Shown here piece after piece: positions 1-13,314 of a stretch of DNA of 64,000 nucleotides. Location: assembly GCF_006345805.1 (NCBI RefSeq), contig NW_021835964.1, positions 1-64,000 on the forward strand, read 5' to 3'. This stretch comes from Octopus sinensis (lineage: Eukaryota). The translations under genes were made by a program, and so were the position numbers. A model generated the notes under the pieces. It saw only the letters and a list, made by a program, of their open reading frames with translations. It ran no database searches and had not been told where the DNA came from. How positions within the stretch are numbered: the first letter of the stretch is position 1; the number at the start of each line of letters is the position of its first letter.

Positions 1-602
1 ATAAGCAGCCATCTTTCCCTTTTTCTGGCAAGGATGTAATCAATTTGGGCTGTGTGTCTGCCAGAAGTATAGATGACTAGATGATTGGCAAGTTTCCTGA
101 AGTTGGTATTGCAGCAAACCATAACATCATTTGCATCACAGAACTCCAGCAGCCTGGTTCCTTCCTCATTGTGGGAACCAAAACCGTAGCCTCCATGTAT
201 GCGATGGAAGCCCCCTGCATGTTGTCCGTGTCCATTGAAGTCAACAGCTAGAAAGAGAAGGTCCCTGTCATTAGTCAATGAGGTAGTCTGCAAGAGGGTG
301 TCATAAAATTGGTCTTTCTTTCCATCAGGTAGCCCCGGCTGAGGGACATAGGTCAAGATAATGGTTGCTAACCCACGATGAAGCACTTATCTAATCTTAA
401 GTATTCTGTTGCAAACTCTGACTACCTTGATTACCTTATCAACCCATTTCTCTGCAAGAAGTATACCCACGCCCCTAACCCCGTCAGTGTTCCCTACCCA
501 GAAAATCTTGTACCTGTGTTCTTTGCCTGTGAGGAACCTAGCAGAACCTCCTCTCTACCTTACTTCTTGGAGGCAGCACAAATCGACACATCTCCAGTCA
601 AG

Positions 603-665
<63 letters not shown>

Positions 666-940
666 GTATTTGTATATATACCTATATCTATTTCTATCTA
701 TCTATATATATATATATATATATATATGCAGTTTGTGAGAGACCATGCCTGTCTTTTGCTGGGCTCAAATCTCATTTGTAAATCCATGGAAAACGATCCT
801 CCACCAACTATCCTGCCTATACATCTGTGCACACCTTTCAATGCAATGTATGCCAGAAAGTTTGCAAATCTGACAGAGGCCTCAAAAGACGTTTTTAAGA
901 TCCACGAAGATCAGAACTTATCTGCAGCTCTTGGTGGTTG
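1..940 (-). mobile_element. Degraded RTE-type LINE fragment (APE endonuclease region), interrupted by a microsatellite
   Basis: 1-600 aligns by eye with the endonuclease region of the RTE at ~11300-11880 (e.g. GATTACCTTATCaACCCATTTCTCtGCAAGAAGTATACCCACGCCCC); multiple stops; weak homology seems to resume after 728. Confidence 0.7.
607..727. repeat. Compound microsatellite (TC)n-(TA)n
   Basis: Direct reading. Confidence 0.95.
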
Positions 941-1095
941 AAATTGGATATGCAATCTATGTGGTTGTCTTTTCAAAACAGTATTTGGTTTACAAAAACC
1001 CACATCAGATGCCATGATGGTTCTAAGATGCAGGTACAGGAGGTGGTCAAGCTCTGCTTAAGGAGTAGACAACCACCACCATATATATATATATA

Positions 1096-1694
1096 TGTAG
1101 TGACGCTATACAGCGGCGCGTGCGCGCGCACCGTCCATTCCTGTTTCGCGCGTGTGGAGTTTGTGCCTTCACCAGGCAGAGAGAGGAAGGCCCTCTTGCG
1201 CATGCGCGAAGCACCGGAAGAAGGACCCTTTTGCCTACGTGGCAGTTAGCCGAGGCAGGGGGATCGTAGGACGTTGACCACTAGCGTCCAGCAGCAGTCA
1301 TTGACTTGAGGCACGACGACTGAAGGTAACGGACGTTAGTTTTTTCTCTCTGTCCGAACTTGATTATAGCAGCAGCCTTTAACAAAAGACTTTTAACCTG
1401 AATTGTTGCAGACCACATCTTCTCCCTGTTCCGGACGCCATCTTTGACCAGTGTTGTTTTGCATTTGAACACTGTAGATTCTACAGCGATATAGTTCAGC
1501 TCTGACACATCTATACAAGGATATCAGATATACCAATTATCTGTTACTGTCATGAGAGATAAAGTAGATATATATATTTTACGTCTGCGTCTTGTTGTTT
1601 CTGACTGGTAGAATCTGGATTATTAAAGCAACGGATAGTGATTGCACCAACTGCACCCCAAAAGTGCAAGAGAAGATATTCACTGTTCGTTACA
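1096..1694 (+). repeat. 5' LTR (~599 bp, TG...CA)
   Basis: TG...CA termini, immediately followed by PBS; GC-rich U3-like start. Confidence 0.7.
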
Positions 1695-1695
1695 C

Positions 1696-1714
1696 TGGTG
1701 ACCCCCGACGTGAT
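1696..1714 (+). promoter_or_regulatory. Primer-binding site complementary to tRNA-Trp 3' end
   Basis: TGGTGACCCCCGACGTGAT vs expected TGGTGACCCCGACGTGAT (one extra C). Confidence 0.85.
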
Positions 1715-2967
1715 TCTGGTCTAAAACCAGAGATCACTTACAACAAAGAAATCCAGTTTTTCTGCCAGGTCGGAACACGATTTAACTCTACGCAGTCATC
1801 ATCTTTCGACGATTTTTCCGGTCCCCTCGGACAGTTATAGAAGGAGCCTTTTTTATTCTTCAACATAATGACGGACGCCATCATATCATCGATGCTTTTT
1901 CTCTGCCTTTGTCATCATCATCGTCGTCTTAGAACTTCACGTCGTCGTTATCTTCGTCGCCATCACCACTAAGAACAATGTTGTCTCAAGTCCACTACAG
2001 TCGCCTTCCACCACCACCGTCGCCTTTCAACACCGTCGACCAAGATGTACATAGCAACTCGCGGAACTTTAGCTTTCACGCTGTTCGTGCATAGCGTGCC
2101 AAGGATTAACAGCCCAGTCTATCTGCGAGATTCTTCTGTAACGATTTAACCTGTTACAACATCGAAGCTACAACCGCTACACATTGTGTTCAACCGGCAT
2201 CTGCATTTGTGATTTCAACATTCTGTTACAGAACGAACTGCTATTGTGCATCAGGCTATTAGAGACTGGTAAATTAACTCCATTGTCTGAGATAGCCCTG
2301 AGAGACATTTTTCTATGCGCTGTATTTTTATTTTTGCTCGCATTCACCTTGTTTGTATATTCTGTCGCACACACGTACACACACATAAATGCTATCTCTC
2401 TCACATACATACGTCACACATGCTTTTCTCGCTTGTTTTTCCATGCTAATTTGCCTTTGTGGACACACCTCATTTCTGTAGACCCTAGGTCAGTCACGTA
2501 TACATAGAGAGGGTTGTTTGTCCATTATAACGCGTCAGCATGTCATACTTTTGTTCCTGTACGAACGAGGCATATAATCGCTCAACCACTGGCATATTCA
2601 TTGCTGTTTTTCGGTCTGGCAAGCCCTATTGCATTTCATGCGCCTTTGCTTCGCACGTGTATTGCCTTGTTTTTGCAACACGTTTGTGTTAGCTTAATTC
2701 TTTTCCCGACTCATAGAACGTCGGATGTTCACATGCGCTGCGCCCATGTTTTAGGCGTAATTATTTTTCCCTGTTAGACTCCTGTTGGTCACGTAATTAA
2801 CAGAGAAAATTATCTGTGTCGCGCATCACACCAGCATGCTTGCACTTTTGCCTTTTGTGTTACTAGCGATCTATCTGTCGATTCCATTTCCTCTCCTGCA
2901 GCAATTGATTTAACTGCTATTTCGCAGGATCAACCACCTTTACCATATATATATATATATATATATG

Positions 2968-4140
2968 CTAGCAAAAAATACCCAATGTTGACCAGGTTAA
3001 AGAAAATAAAGAATTTGCAAAAGACTTCTAGATTCTAACTGACATGAAACATAGACTATGCAGGTCTCCCCTTCTAGTAGCTGAGGTACCAATTTCATAT
3101 GTTAATACCCCGACATTTCCCAGGTAATTGAAAGTAATGATTTTAACTATGCTTTCTAATCTCTAAGTAAAATGAAACATGGATTATGCAGTTCTCAACA
3201 GCTAATAAGCTGAGGTACCAACTGTATATGTCAATAATATGTTTTGTCTGATGTTCTCATTGTTAAAAGTGTTAAAAATGCAGGTAGTTCTTTGTTTTTT
3301 GCAATCACCTTCAATTGTCAGTACTTATTTGAAACATATTGAACCTGAAAATGCATAATTTGAGAACTGCCCTCCAGGTGCTCCTCTCCTGTTTATAAAT
3401 ACATTTAACAAAATTTCTATCAGATGATGTGAGTATAAACAAATGTATTGAAACAAATGGATATCAATCACAGTTTATAATCTAGATTCTAGAGCTTCTA
3501 AATACGCAGTGTTTAAGTGTGTCCTTTTACTGGTGTATACATGAAAAGGTTTGGGGAACGTCCAACTCATAACATCCTACATATAATTGCCCATGAGAGA
3601 AGCACAGTGAAGTCCAACAACCTTGAGAGACTCTCCTTGAGATTTGTTTATTGACAAAATGAAACTTAGTTTCCCTGGGAACCAGAACCGTTTAAATTCA
3701 AAGGAGAGGTCATATGGGATTAACAGGATCCATGGAATGAAGACATCTTCACCCTTATAGTTCCCAGTCATAATTGTTGCTGCTAGGAAATGGGGTTGCA
3801 TCGCTTTCACCACCAGTCTGGTGCCATTGCACAGACAAAGTGGATCCAAATTCTTTGGCAGCATGATTGGTGTCCGCTCTTTAAGTGTTTAAGTGGTGAG
3901 GTGGCTTCTCAGATAGCTGTAGAGAGTTCAGGAACTCAGTTGGAAAACTACAGCCTGACCTGGATCAATGACGGTGTTGAGGGATTGAAAGACTGTTCTT
4001 GCCTTGGCAAGGGCTGCAAGAAATTCCAGTTGATTTTGTTGACTGCATCATTATGTGGAGCTAAGATGGCTCACTCACAGAGCCGTTGACTGTTGCTAAA
4101 GATTTATGAATTATGAGATCATTGACCATCTCACCAGCAG
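2968..4140 (-). mobile_element. Helitron 3' fragment with Pif1-type helicase C-terminus
   Basis: CTAG terminus at 2968-2971 with nearby degenerate hairpin; ORF 3577-3864 LCNGTRLVVK...FIPWI...SINKSQG resembles the Helitron helicase. Confidence 0.85.
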
Positions 4141-4194
4141 TGTGGCCGTCCAGAGAGGGCACACACAAATATGTCTTATAAAACAAATCTGTTG

Positions 4195-4310
4195 ACATAT
4201 GAAAGGCAAAGTTGACCTTGGCGGAATTTGAACTCAGAACATAGCAACAGAGGAAGTACCGCTAAGTATCTCACATGGCATGCTAGCAATTCTGTCAGCT
4301 TGATAATTAA
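4195..4310 (-). mobile_element. tRNA-derived SINE fragment (duplicated at ~7495-7610)
   Basis: Minus strand GTTCTGAGTTCAAATTCCGCC B-box-like head; same family as 19995-20170. Confidence 0.65.
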
Positions 4311-4926
4311 TGATGATGATGACAGTAGTAGTGGTGGTGGTGGTGGTGGTGGTTGCATTAGTAGTATTTGTAGTATAAGTATTAGTGACAGAACTTTTAG
4401 TTGTCATAGTGACAGTATAAAGTAGAAGTGGCAGTGGTTAGCAGTGATAGTAATCGTTGTGGTGGTATAGTTATATATGAAACAGACCTGTTGACATTGG
4501 AGAATTTTACAGAAATGAGCTTGAATGTACAAATACACAAACAGAAAGCTGGAGAAGAATATAAAAGATGAAAGTACCCTTAGAAATAATATTTATCAGA
4601 AACCATCACAAATGTAATGATGCATACATATGTGTGTGTGTGGTGTGTATTTGTAAATAGCTGGCTACTTAGTTACTATGTCAGAATACCAGACACAGGA
4701 AGTTGACATTGACCAAACGGTTCGAAGAAGTAAATCTTATTATATATATAAAGCAATAATATTATTTATTTTAATAAAAAATAAATCAAAGCCGTATATT
4801 ATTTTCAAGGACAAATTATTCATGTAACCCAAATATGCTACAGATTGATCCAGAGGTTTAACTGTGCAGAGAGGGCACACACAAGGACAATGTATTTTAT
4901 GTATATATTAATCATATATATTATAC

Positions 4927-4976
<50 letters not shown>

Positions 4977-4977
4977 A

Positions 4978-5375
4978 TCATATCATCATCATCATCATAT
5001 TTAACGTCCGCTTTTCCATGCTAGCATGGGTTTGGACAGTTCAACTGGGGTCTGGCGAGCCCGAAGGCTGCCTCAGGTCCCACAGGCAGTGTGTTGCTTA
5101 TGTGGTTTTAAGGCATTGGATGCCCTTCCTACGCCATAACACTCCTGAGACGGGTAGTCCGTGAGTTTATGTTGTTGATTTTATGCCACCGACACAGGTG
5201 CCAGACGAGCTGGCAGACGGCCCACGCTCGGATGGTGTTTTTATGTGTGCACCGACACAGATGCCCAGACGAGGCTGGCAGACGGCCACGCTCGGATGGT
5301 TTTTTTATGTGCCACCGACACAGGTGCCAGACGAGGCGCTTGCGACACGGCCACGATCGGATGGGGTTGTTTGTT
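4978..5375 (-). mobile_element. RTE 3' tail remnant ((GAT)n tail plus ~62-bp subrepeats), end of duplication copy 1
   Basis: Noisy equivalent of 8341-8708. Confidence 0.8.
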
Positions 5376-6256
5376 TCGTGCGTCTATCTGCGAGATTCTT
5401 CTGTAACGATTTAACCTGTCACAACATCGAAGCTACACCGCTACACATTGTGTTCAACCGGCATCTGCATTTGTGATTTCAACATTCTGTTACAGAACGA
5501 ACTGCTATTGTGCATCAGGCTATTAGAGACTGGTAAATTAACTCCATTGTCTGAGATAGCCCTGAGAGACATTTTCTATGCGCTGTATTTTTTTCTATGC
5601 GCTGTATTTTTTTATTTTGCTCGCATTCACCTTGTTTGTATATTCTGTCCGCACACACGTACACACAACATAAATGCTATCTCTCTCACATACATACTCC
5701 TCACAATGCTTTTCTCCTCGCTTGTTTTTTCCATGCTAATTTGCCTTTGTGGACACACCTCATTTCTGTAGACCCTACTGTCAGTCACGTATACATAGAG
5801 AGGGTTGTTTGTCCATTATAACGCGCCAGCATGTCATACTTTTGTTCCTGTACGAACGAGGCATATATCGCTCAACCACTGGCATATTCATTGCTGTTTT
5901 TCGGTCTGGCAAGCCCTATTGCATTTCATGCGCCTTTGCTTCGCACGTGTATTGCCTTGTTTTTGCAACACGTTTGCGTTAGCTTAATTCTTTTCCCGAC
6001 TCATAGAACGTCGGATGTTCACATGCGCTGCGCCCATGTTTTAGGCGTAATTATTTTTCCCTGTTAGACTCCTGTTGGTCACGTAACTTAACAGAGAAAA
6101 TTATCTGTGTCGCGCATCACACCAGCATGCTTGCACTTTTGCCTTTTGTGTTACTAGCGATCTATCTGTCGATTCCATTTCCTCTCCTGCCAGCAATTGA
6201 TTTAACTGCTATTTCGCAGGATCAACCACCTTTACCATATATATATATATAATATG

Positions 6257-7440
6257 CTAGCAAAAAATACCCAATGTTGACCAGGTTAAAGAAAATAAAG
6301 AAATTTGTAAAAGACTTCTAGATCTCTAACTGACATGAAACATAGACTATGCAGGTCTCCCCTTCTAGTAGCTGAGGTACCAATTTCATATGTTAATACC
6401 CCGACATTTCCCAGGTAATTGAAAGTAATGATTTTTAACTATGCTTTCTAATCTCTAAGTAAAATGAAACATGGATTTATGCAGTTCTCAACAGCTAATA
6501 AGCTGAGGTACCAACTGTATATTGGTCATATATATGTTTGTCTGATTTCTCATTGTTAAAATTGTTTAAAAATGCAGGTAGTTCTTTGTTTTTGCAATCA
6601 CCTTCAATTGTCAGTACTATTTGAAACATATTGAACCTGAAAACTGCATAAATTGAGAACTGCCCTCCAGGTGCTCCTCTCCTGTTTATAAATACATTTA
6701 ACAAAATTTCTATCAGATGATGTGAGTATAAACAAATGTATTGAAACAAATTTGGATATCAATCGCCTTTTAATGATCTAGATTCTAGAGCTTCTAAATA
6801 CGCAGTGTTTTAAGTGTGTCCTTTTATTGTGTATACATGAAAGGTTTGGGGAACGTCCAACTCATGAACATCTTACATATAATTGCCCATGAGAGAAGCA
6901 CAGTGAAGTTCAACAACCTTGAGAGACTCTCCTTGAGATTTGTTTATTGACAAAATGAAACTTAGTTCCCTGGGAACCAGAACCGTTTAAATTCAAAGGA
7001 GAGGTCATATGGGATTAACAGGATCCATGGAATGAAGACATCTTCACCCTTATAGTTCCCAGTCATAATTGTTGCTGCTAGGAAATGGGGTTGCATCGCT
7101 TTCACCACCAGTCTGGTGCCATTGCACAGACAAAGTGGATCCAAATCTTTTGGCAGCATGATTGGTGTCCGCTCTTTAAGTGTTAAGTGGTGAGGTGGCT
7201 TCTCAGATAGCTGTAGAGAGTTCAGGAACTCAGTTGGAAAACTACAGCCTGACCTGGATCAATGACGGTGTTTGAGAGATTTGAAAGACTGTTCTTTTGC
7301 CTTGGCAAGGGCTGCAAGAAATTCCAGTTGATTTTGTTGACTGCATCATTATGTGGAGCTAAGATGGCTCACTCACAGAGCCGTTGACTGTTGCTAAAGA
7401 TTTATGAATTATGAGATCATTGACCATCTCACCAGCAGTG
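6257..7440 (-). mobile_element. Helitron 3' fragment (duplicate copy)
   Basis: Same sequence as 2968-4140; ORF 6962-7159; CTAG at 6257-6260. Confidence 0.85.
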
Positions 7441-7923
7441 TGGCCATCCAGAGAGGGCACACACAAATATATGTCTTATAAAACAGATCTGTTGACATAT
7501 GAAAGGCAAAGTTGACCTAGGCGGAATTTGAACTCAGAACATAGCAACAGAGGAAGTACCGCTAAGTATCTCACATGGCGTGCTAGCAATTCTGTCAGCT
7601 TGATAATTAATGATGATGATGACAGTAGTAGTGGTGGTGGTGGTGGTTGCATTAGTAGTATTTGTAGTATAAGTATTAGTGACAGAACTTTTAGTTGTCA
7701 TAGTGACAGTATAAAGTAGAAGTGGCAGTGGTTAGCAGTGATAGTAATCGTTGTGGTGGTAATAGTTATATATGAAACAGACCTGTTGACATTGGAGAAT
7801 TTTTACAGAAATGAGCTTGAATGTACAAATACACAAACAGAAAGCTGGAGAAGAATATAAAAGATGAAAGTACCCTTAGAAATTAATATTTATCAGAAAC
7901 CATCACAAATGTAATGATCATAC

Positions 7924-7963
<40 letters not shown>

Positions 7964-8214
7964 TTGTAAATAGCTGGCTACTTAGTTACTATGTCAGAAT
8001 ACCAGACACAGGAAGTTGACATTGACCAAACGGTTCGAAGAAGTAAATCTTTATTATATATATAAAGCAATAATATTATTTATTTTTAATAAAAAAATAA
8101 ATCAAAGCCGTATTATTATTTTCAAGGACAAATTATTCATGTAACCCAAATATGCTACAGATTGATCCAGAGGTTTAACTGTGCAGAGAGGGCACACACA
8201 AGGACAATGTATTT

Positions 8215-8340
<126 letters not shown>

Positions 8341-11300
8341 ATCATCATCATCATCATCATCGTTTAACGTCCACTTTCCATGCTAGCATGGGTTGGACGG
8401 TTCAACTGGGGTCTGGCGAGCCCGAAGGTTGCCCCAGGGCAGTCAGATCTGGCAGTGTTTCTACAGCTGGATGCCCTTCCTAATGCCAACCACTCCGAGA
8501 GTGTAGTGGGTGATTTATGTGCCACCGACACAGGTGCCAGACGAGGCTGGCGGACGGCCACGCTCGGATGGTGTTTTTATGTGCCACCGACACAGGTGCC
8601 AGACAAGGCTGGCAGACGGCCACGCTCGGATGGTGTTTTTTATGTGCCACCGACACAGGTGCCAGACGAGGCTGGCGAACGGCCACGATCGGATGGTGTT
8701 TGTTACGTGCCCACAGCACAGAGGCCAGTTGATGCGGTACTGGCTACGGCCACGTTCGGATGGTTTTCTTATGTGCCACCGGCACTGGTACCACAAAGAT
8801 ACAAATTCCATTGATGTTCATCTATTTTGATTTGGTTTGATTTGATTTGATTTGATTTTATTTTCACTTGCTTCAACAGGTCTTCACAAGTGTCACAAGA
8901 AGGAAGGTATGCACAGGTGGACTGACTACGTCCCTGGTGGGGGCCATGGGTTATGGCTTCACTAGTCTTGCCGGGTCTTCTCACGCACAGCATACTTCCA
9001 TAGGTCTCTAGTCATTTCCATGGTGAGACCTAACGTTCGAAGGTCGTGCTTCACCACCTCGTCCCAGGTTTTCCTGGGTCTACCTCTTCCACAGGTTCCC
9101 TCAACTGCTAGGGATTGGCACTTTCTCACACACCTATCTTCATCCATTCTCGCCACATGACCATACCAGCGCAATCGTCTCTCTTGCACACCACAACTGA
9201 TGCTTCTTAGGTACAACATTTTTCTCAAGGTACTAACGCTCTGTCGAGTAAGTACACTGACATTACACATCCATCGGAGCATACTGGCTTCATTCCTCAT
9301 GAGCTTACGCATGTCCTCAGCAGTCACGGCCCATGTTTCACTGCCATGTAGCATGGCAGTTCGTACACATGCATCATACAGTCTACATTTTACTCTGAGC
9401 GAGAGGCCTTTAGTCACCAGCAGAGGTAAGAGCTCCCTAAACTTTGCCCAGGCTATTCTTATTCTAGCAGTTACACTTTCAGCGCACCCACCCCCACTAC
9501 TGACTTGGTCACCTAGATAACGGAAGCTATCAACTACTTCTAGTTTTTCCCCCTGGAAAGTGACAGAAGTTGTTTTCTGCAGATTTTCGGAGGTCAATGC
9601 TCCCAAGCATCTGCCACATACAAAAACTATCTTCCCAGTTAGCCTACCTTTGACATTGCTGCACCTCTTATGTGTCCATAGCTTACACTGGGTACATCTT
9701 ATAGAGTTTCTACCTACACCTTTTCTACAGATCGAGCAGGGCCATCTTCCTGAAGACATTTGTGGATTGTCTACCTTTCTACTTATTAGAACTTTGGTTT
9801 TAGCTAGGTTGACTCTAAGGCCCCTCGATTCTTATCCCTCCTTCCACACCTGGAACTTCTCCTCCAGTTCTGATAGTGACTCAGCAATTAGAGCAAGGTC
9901 GTCAGCATAGAGGAGATCCCAGGGGCATCCTGTCTTGAATTCCTCCACAATTGCCTGGAGGACTATGATAAATAGGAGGGGGCTGAGTACTGAACCCTGG
10001 TGGACCCCAATCTCTACTTTGAATTCTTCTGTGTACATGTTGCCAACCCTAACCTTACTTACGGCATCTCTGTACATGGCTTGCACAGCCCTCACCAGCC
10101 ATTCATCTATCCCTAGTTTCCTCATTGACCACCAGATGAGGGATCGGGGGACCCTATCAAAGGCTTTCTCCATGTCAACGAAAGCCAGGTACAGGGGCTT
10201 ATCTTTGGCTAGGTATTTCTCCTGCAGCTGCCTTACCAGGAATATAGCATCAGTGGTGCTTTTCCCTGGCACGAACCCAAACTGCATCTCATCTAAACTA
10301 ACTCTCTCTCTAATTAGTTGGGCTATGACCCTCTCCGTAACCTTCATTACCTGATCCAACAACTTGATACCTCTGTAATTATTTGTATCTAGGGCATCAC
10401 CTTTACCTTTGTAGCAGTTGACTAGTATGCATCTACACCAGTCATTGGGTATGACTCCTTCGTGTATCACCTAGTTGACTATACGGGTGACTAGGTTATA
10501 GCTGACACTGCCAGATATTTTGAGCATCTCTGCAGTAATTCCTGATGGGCCTGGGGCTTTGCCTGTCTTCATGCTTCTAATTGCCTTAGCTCCCTCTGTT
10601 GGGTCAACATTCGGCAGACACTCTTTATCCCATTCATTTTCTTTATTCAGCAACCTCTCATAGTGGCATCTCCAAACCTCTCTCTTTGCATCCTCATTTA
10701 GTTCAAGTGAACCATCATCCATGCGAACACACTTCTCTCCTACCACATCACGATTCTCTCTCACACACTGTCTTGCAACGCGAAATACCTCAAGTCTTTC
10801 ATCCTCACAGCTCAGAACATTGGCAAATTTTTTCTTATCCGCTTCCCCTCTGGCTAAATAAACCTGTCTCCTAGCTTCCCTTCTGGCTGTCTGATACAAT
10901 TCCCTGCTACCACCATTCTTCCAGTCCTTCCAAGCCTGTCTCTTTTGTCTAATAGCCCTGTCAACCACAGTGTTCCACCACCATGTTACTCTGGGTCGAG
11001 ATGGTACTTTGCTCCATCCACAGATCTGGTCAGTGGCTGTCAGCAGATTGTCCCGTAGAAATCTCCAGTTGTCTTCCCCATTAAGTGAAGCTATATCCCC
11101 TTCTATTTCGTCAAAGGCTTCGAGTAGTATGTCTCTAAATCTCTGTCCATTTGCAAGATCTTTAAGCTTCCAGACCCTTCTCCTCCAAGCTGGTCTTCTT
11201 CTGGGCAACCATTTAGCTCTGATCCTGAAGTCGCTAACTACTAATCTATGTTAAGGAGTACATTCTTCGCCTGGAAAGGTTTTGGCATTTATAATCAGCG

Positions 11301-12637
11301 CTCTTTCCCTTTTTCTGGCAAGGATGTAGTCAATCTGACTGGTGTGTCTGCCAGAATGGTAGGTGACTAGGTGAGAGGTGGGTTTCCTGAAGTTGGTATT
11401 GCAGACCATAAGGTCATTTGCATCGCAGAACTCCAGCAGCCTGGTTCCCTCCTCATTACGAGAGCCAAAACCGTAGCCTCCATGGACGCCATGGAAGCTC
11501 CCGACATGCCATCCGACATGTCCATTGAAATCACCTGCCACGAAGAGAAGGTCACTGTCATTTGTCAACGAGGTAGTCCGCAATAGGGTGTCATAGAATT
11601 GGTCTTTTTGTCCTTCCGGTAGCCCTGGTTGAGGGGCATATGCCGAGATGATGGTAGCTGTCCTATGGTGAAGGACTAATCTAATTTTAATTACTCTGTC
11701 ACTTACTCTGACTACCTCGATTACCTTATCTACCCATTTCTCCGCAAGAAGTATACCCACGCCCCCGACCCCGTCAGTGTTCCCTGCCCAGAAAATCTTG
11801 TACCTGTGTTCCTTGCCTGTGAGGAGCCTAGTGGAACCTCCTCTCCACCTTACTTCCTGGATGCAGCATACATCCACACGTCTCTGTTCAAGCAGCTCTA
11901 CAATCTCTCCAGACATACCTTTCAATGTGCCAACATTGAGTGTGCCAACTCTGAGGGTGTGGGAGGTGTGGGCTTCTGAGACCCTGGGATGAGGGACAGC
12001 CGTGTCATGTACCTGAAAAGAAAGCTTGCATTTGGCAGATTTCATATGGAAACACTAGACTACAACCTGCATACATTTCACAATTTTTTGCGCTATATGA
12101 TCAGATAAACCCTACATAGTGGTGCGAGTGGGGGTGGGGGGTAGTTAAGTAAGACAGGGGTAGAAACTTCCGGTATTGGTGGTGGGAGGGCGGGCACGAA
12201 CATCGAAGCAACTAGTTTGAATATAATTCGTAAGGAATTTTCTCTGCAATAAAATTACTGAATTTGAGGGGAAAAATAATTAGATAAATGAATGAAAACC
12301 AAAGAGAGAATGAAAAAATAAATAATAAATATGATATGATATGATACGAGGGAGCATATTTTGAAGGAGAATGGAATAAACAACGAAGATGGCGCTGAAA
12401 GTAAAGGTAAAGGTGGAGTTTAAAAATGCATGAAGACGCCATGTTTAGAGATAAATAGAGAAACGAAAGGGGAGCAGATCAAGGTATCCAAACAAACGCT
12501 TAAAAATATGAAAGTAACAGGTTGAAAGTTAAGGTCTTAGCTGGCCATTTTTGAAAATCCGTGTTTTCTCTGGAGGTGTAGCGAGTAATGAGGAGGGGAT
12601 ACAATCGTCCACTGGCTTATAAGGAATTCCTTATAAG

Positions 12638-12640
<3 letters not shown>
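8341..12640 (-). mobile_element. Near full-length RTE-clade LINE, copy 1, inserted in (TA)n
   Basis: APE (GTLNVGTL, AGDFNGH), RT (KAFDRVP, HQGSVLSPLLF, LLYADD), RRLRWYGHV...GRPRKTW, 3' UTR and (GAT)n tail; (TA)n on both sides. Confidence 0.95.
8962..12045 (-). pseudogene. RTE APE-RT ORF broken into four pieces, with PHD-like finger at 9607-9738
   Basis: ORFs 11251-12045, 10471-11208, 9832-10470, 8962-9759; in-frame stops where copy 2 has Gln, a frameshift near 9835 and a short in-frame deletion near 10590 relative to copy 2. Confidence 0.92.
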
Positions 12641-12679
<39 letters not shown>

Positions 12680-12689
12680 GTATGTATGA

Positions 12690-12920
12690 TAACAAAGCTG
12701 GATCAACTCATTAGTATACTTCTGATGGGTGACTTCAACTTTCCACCATCAGAGAGCTGGAAGACAATATAATCTCAGGAATGGCATGCAAATAGCATAA
12801 TCAAGCAGAAACTCTACTTGACTCCAGAAAAGTGCTGTTCATGGGGCAAACAATATTCTCTCCAACCAAGAATGATAACGTAGGCCTCTGTTCCATCAAC
12901 AATGTAGGTCTTATCTACAA
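12690..12920 (+). mobile_element. CR1-like LINE endonuclease fragment (5' part)
   Basis: Translates ILLMGDFNFP...SPTKNDNV, resembling APE motifs GDFN and PTR-N-LD. Confidence 0.6.
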
Positions 12921-13314
12921 CTAGCAGTATCGCTCGGCGTTGCTCGGGTTGTAAGGGAAATAACTATATAAGCATTTTTAGAGAGTTATAGCCAAAAAAT
13001 AGCAAAAAAATGCATCAAAAATTGAAAAAAAATTAAGGTAAATTTTTTTTAAATCGTTGACACATCGTAGATATTTTTAAAGAGTTACTTCCCTTATATA
13101 AAAGCGAAAAAAATGCATTAAAATGGAAAAATATGAGGGTAATTTTTTTTTAAATCGTAGACTCATCGTAGACGCACGCTAATACCCAGAAGGGCTCGAT
13201 ATGAATCACGACTATAAGATACCCGCTTTTGGTTAAACTGCACCGCAAAATGTGGGAGTAGTTAGGAATCTAAATCGTAGGAGACAGACACACAACTTCT
13301 CTCTTATATAAAGA
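12921..13314 (-). mobile_element. Non-autonomous Helitron (394 bp)
   Basis: Minus strand A|TC...CTAG|T termini; subterminal hairpin (CCCGAGCAACGCCGAGCG); TC-TTTATATAAG 5' end. Confidence 0.85.

Larger units (their letters stand above)
1096..2945 (+). mobile_element. Truncated Ty3/Gypsy LTR retrotransposon (CsRn1-like): 5' LTR, tRNA-Trp PBS, decayed gag/pol remnants
   Basis: TGTAGTGAC start at 1096 (same 9 nt as the LTR at 51844), ...GTTACA end at 1694, PBS next to it; 2868-2940 translates LSVDSISSPAAIDLTAISQDQPPLP, matching LPVCSLSSPAAIDLIAISQEHPPL in the Gypsy pol at ~53580. Confidence 0.75.

Noticed and set aside
378-941. 187-aa ORF and similar YIYI/IYIY, MYVC or HHHH ORFs (8175-8483, 15221-15561, 17478-17995, 35451-35760)
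   Set aside because: Translations of stop-free (TA)n, (GTAT)n or (CAT)n microsatellites joined to TE scraps; no coding signature
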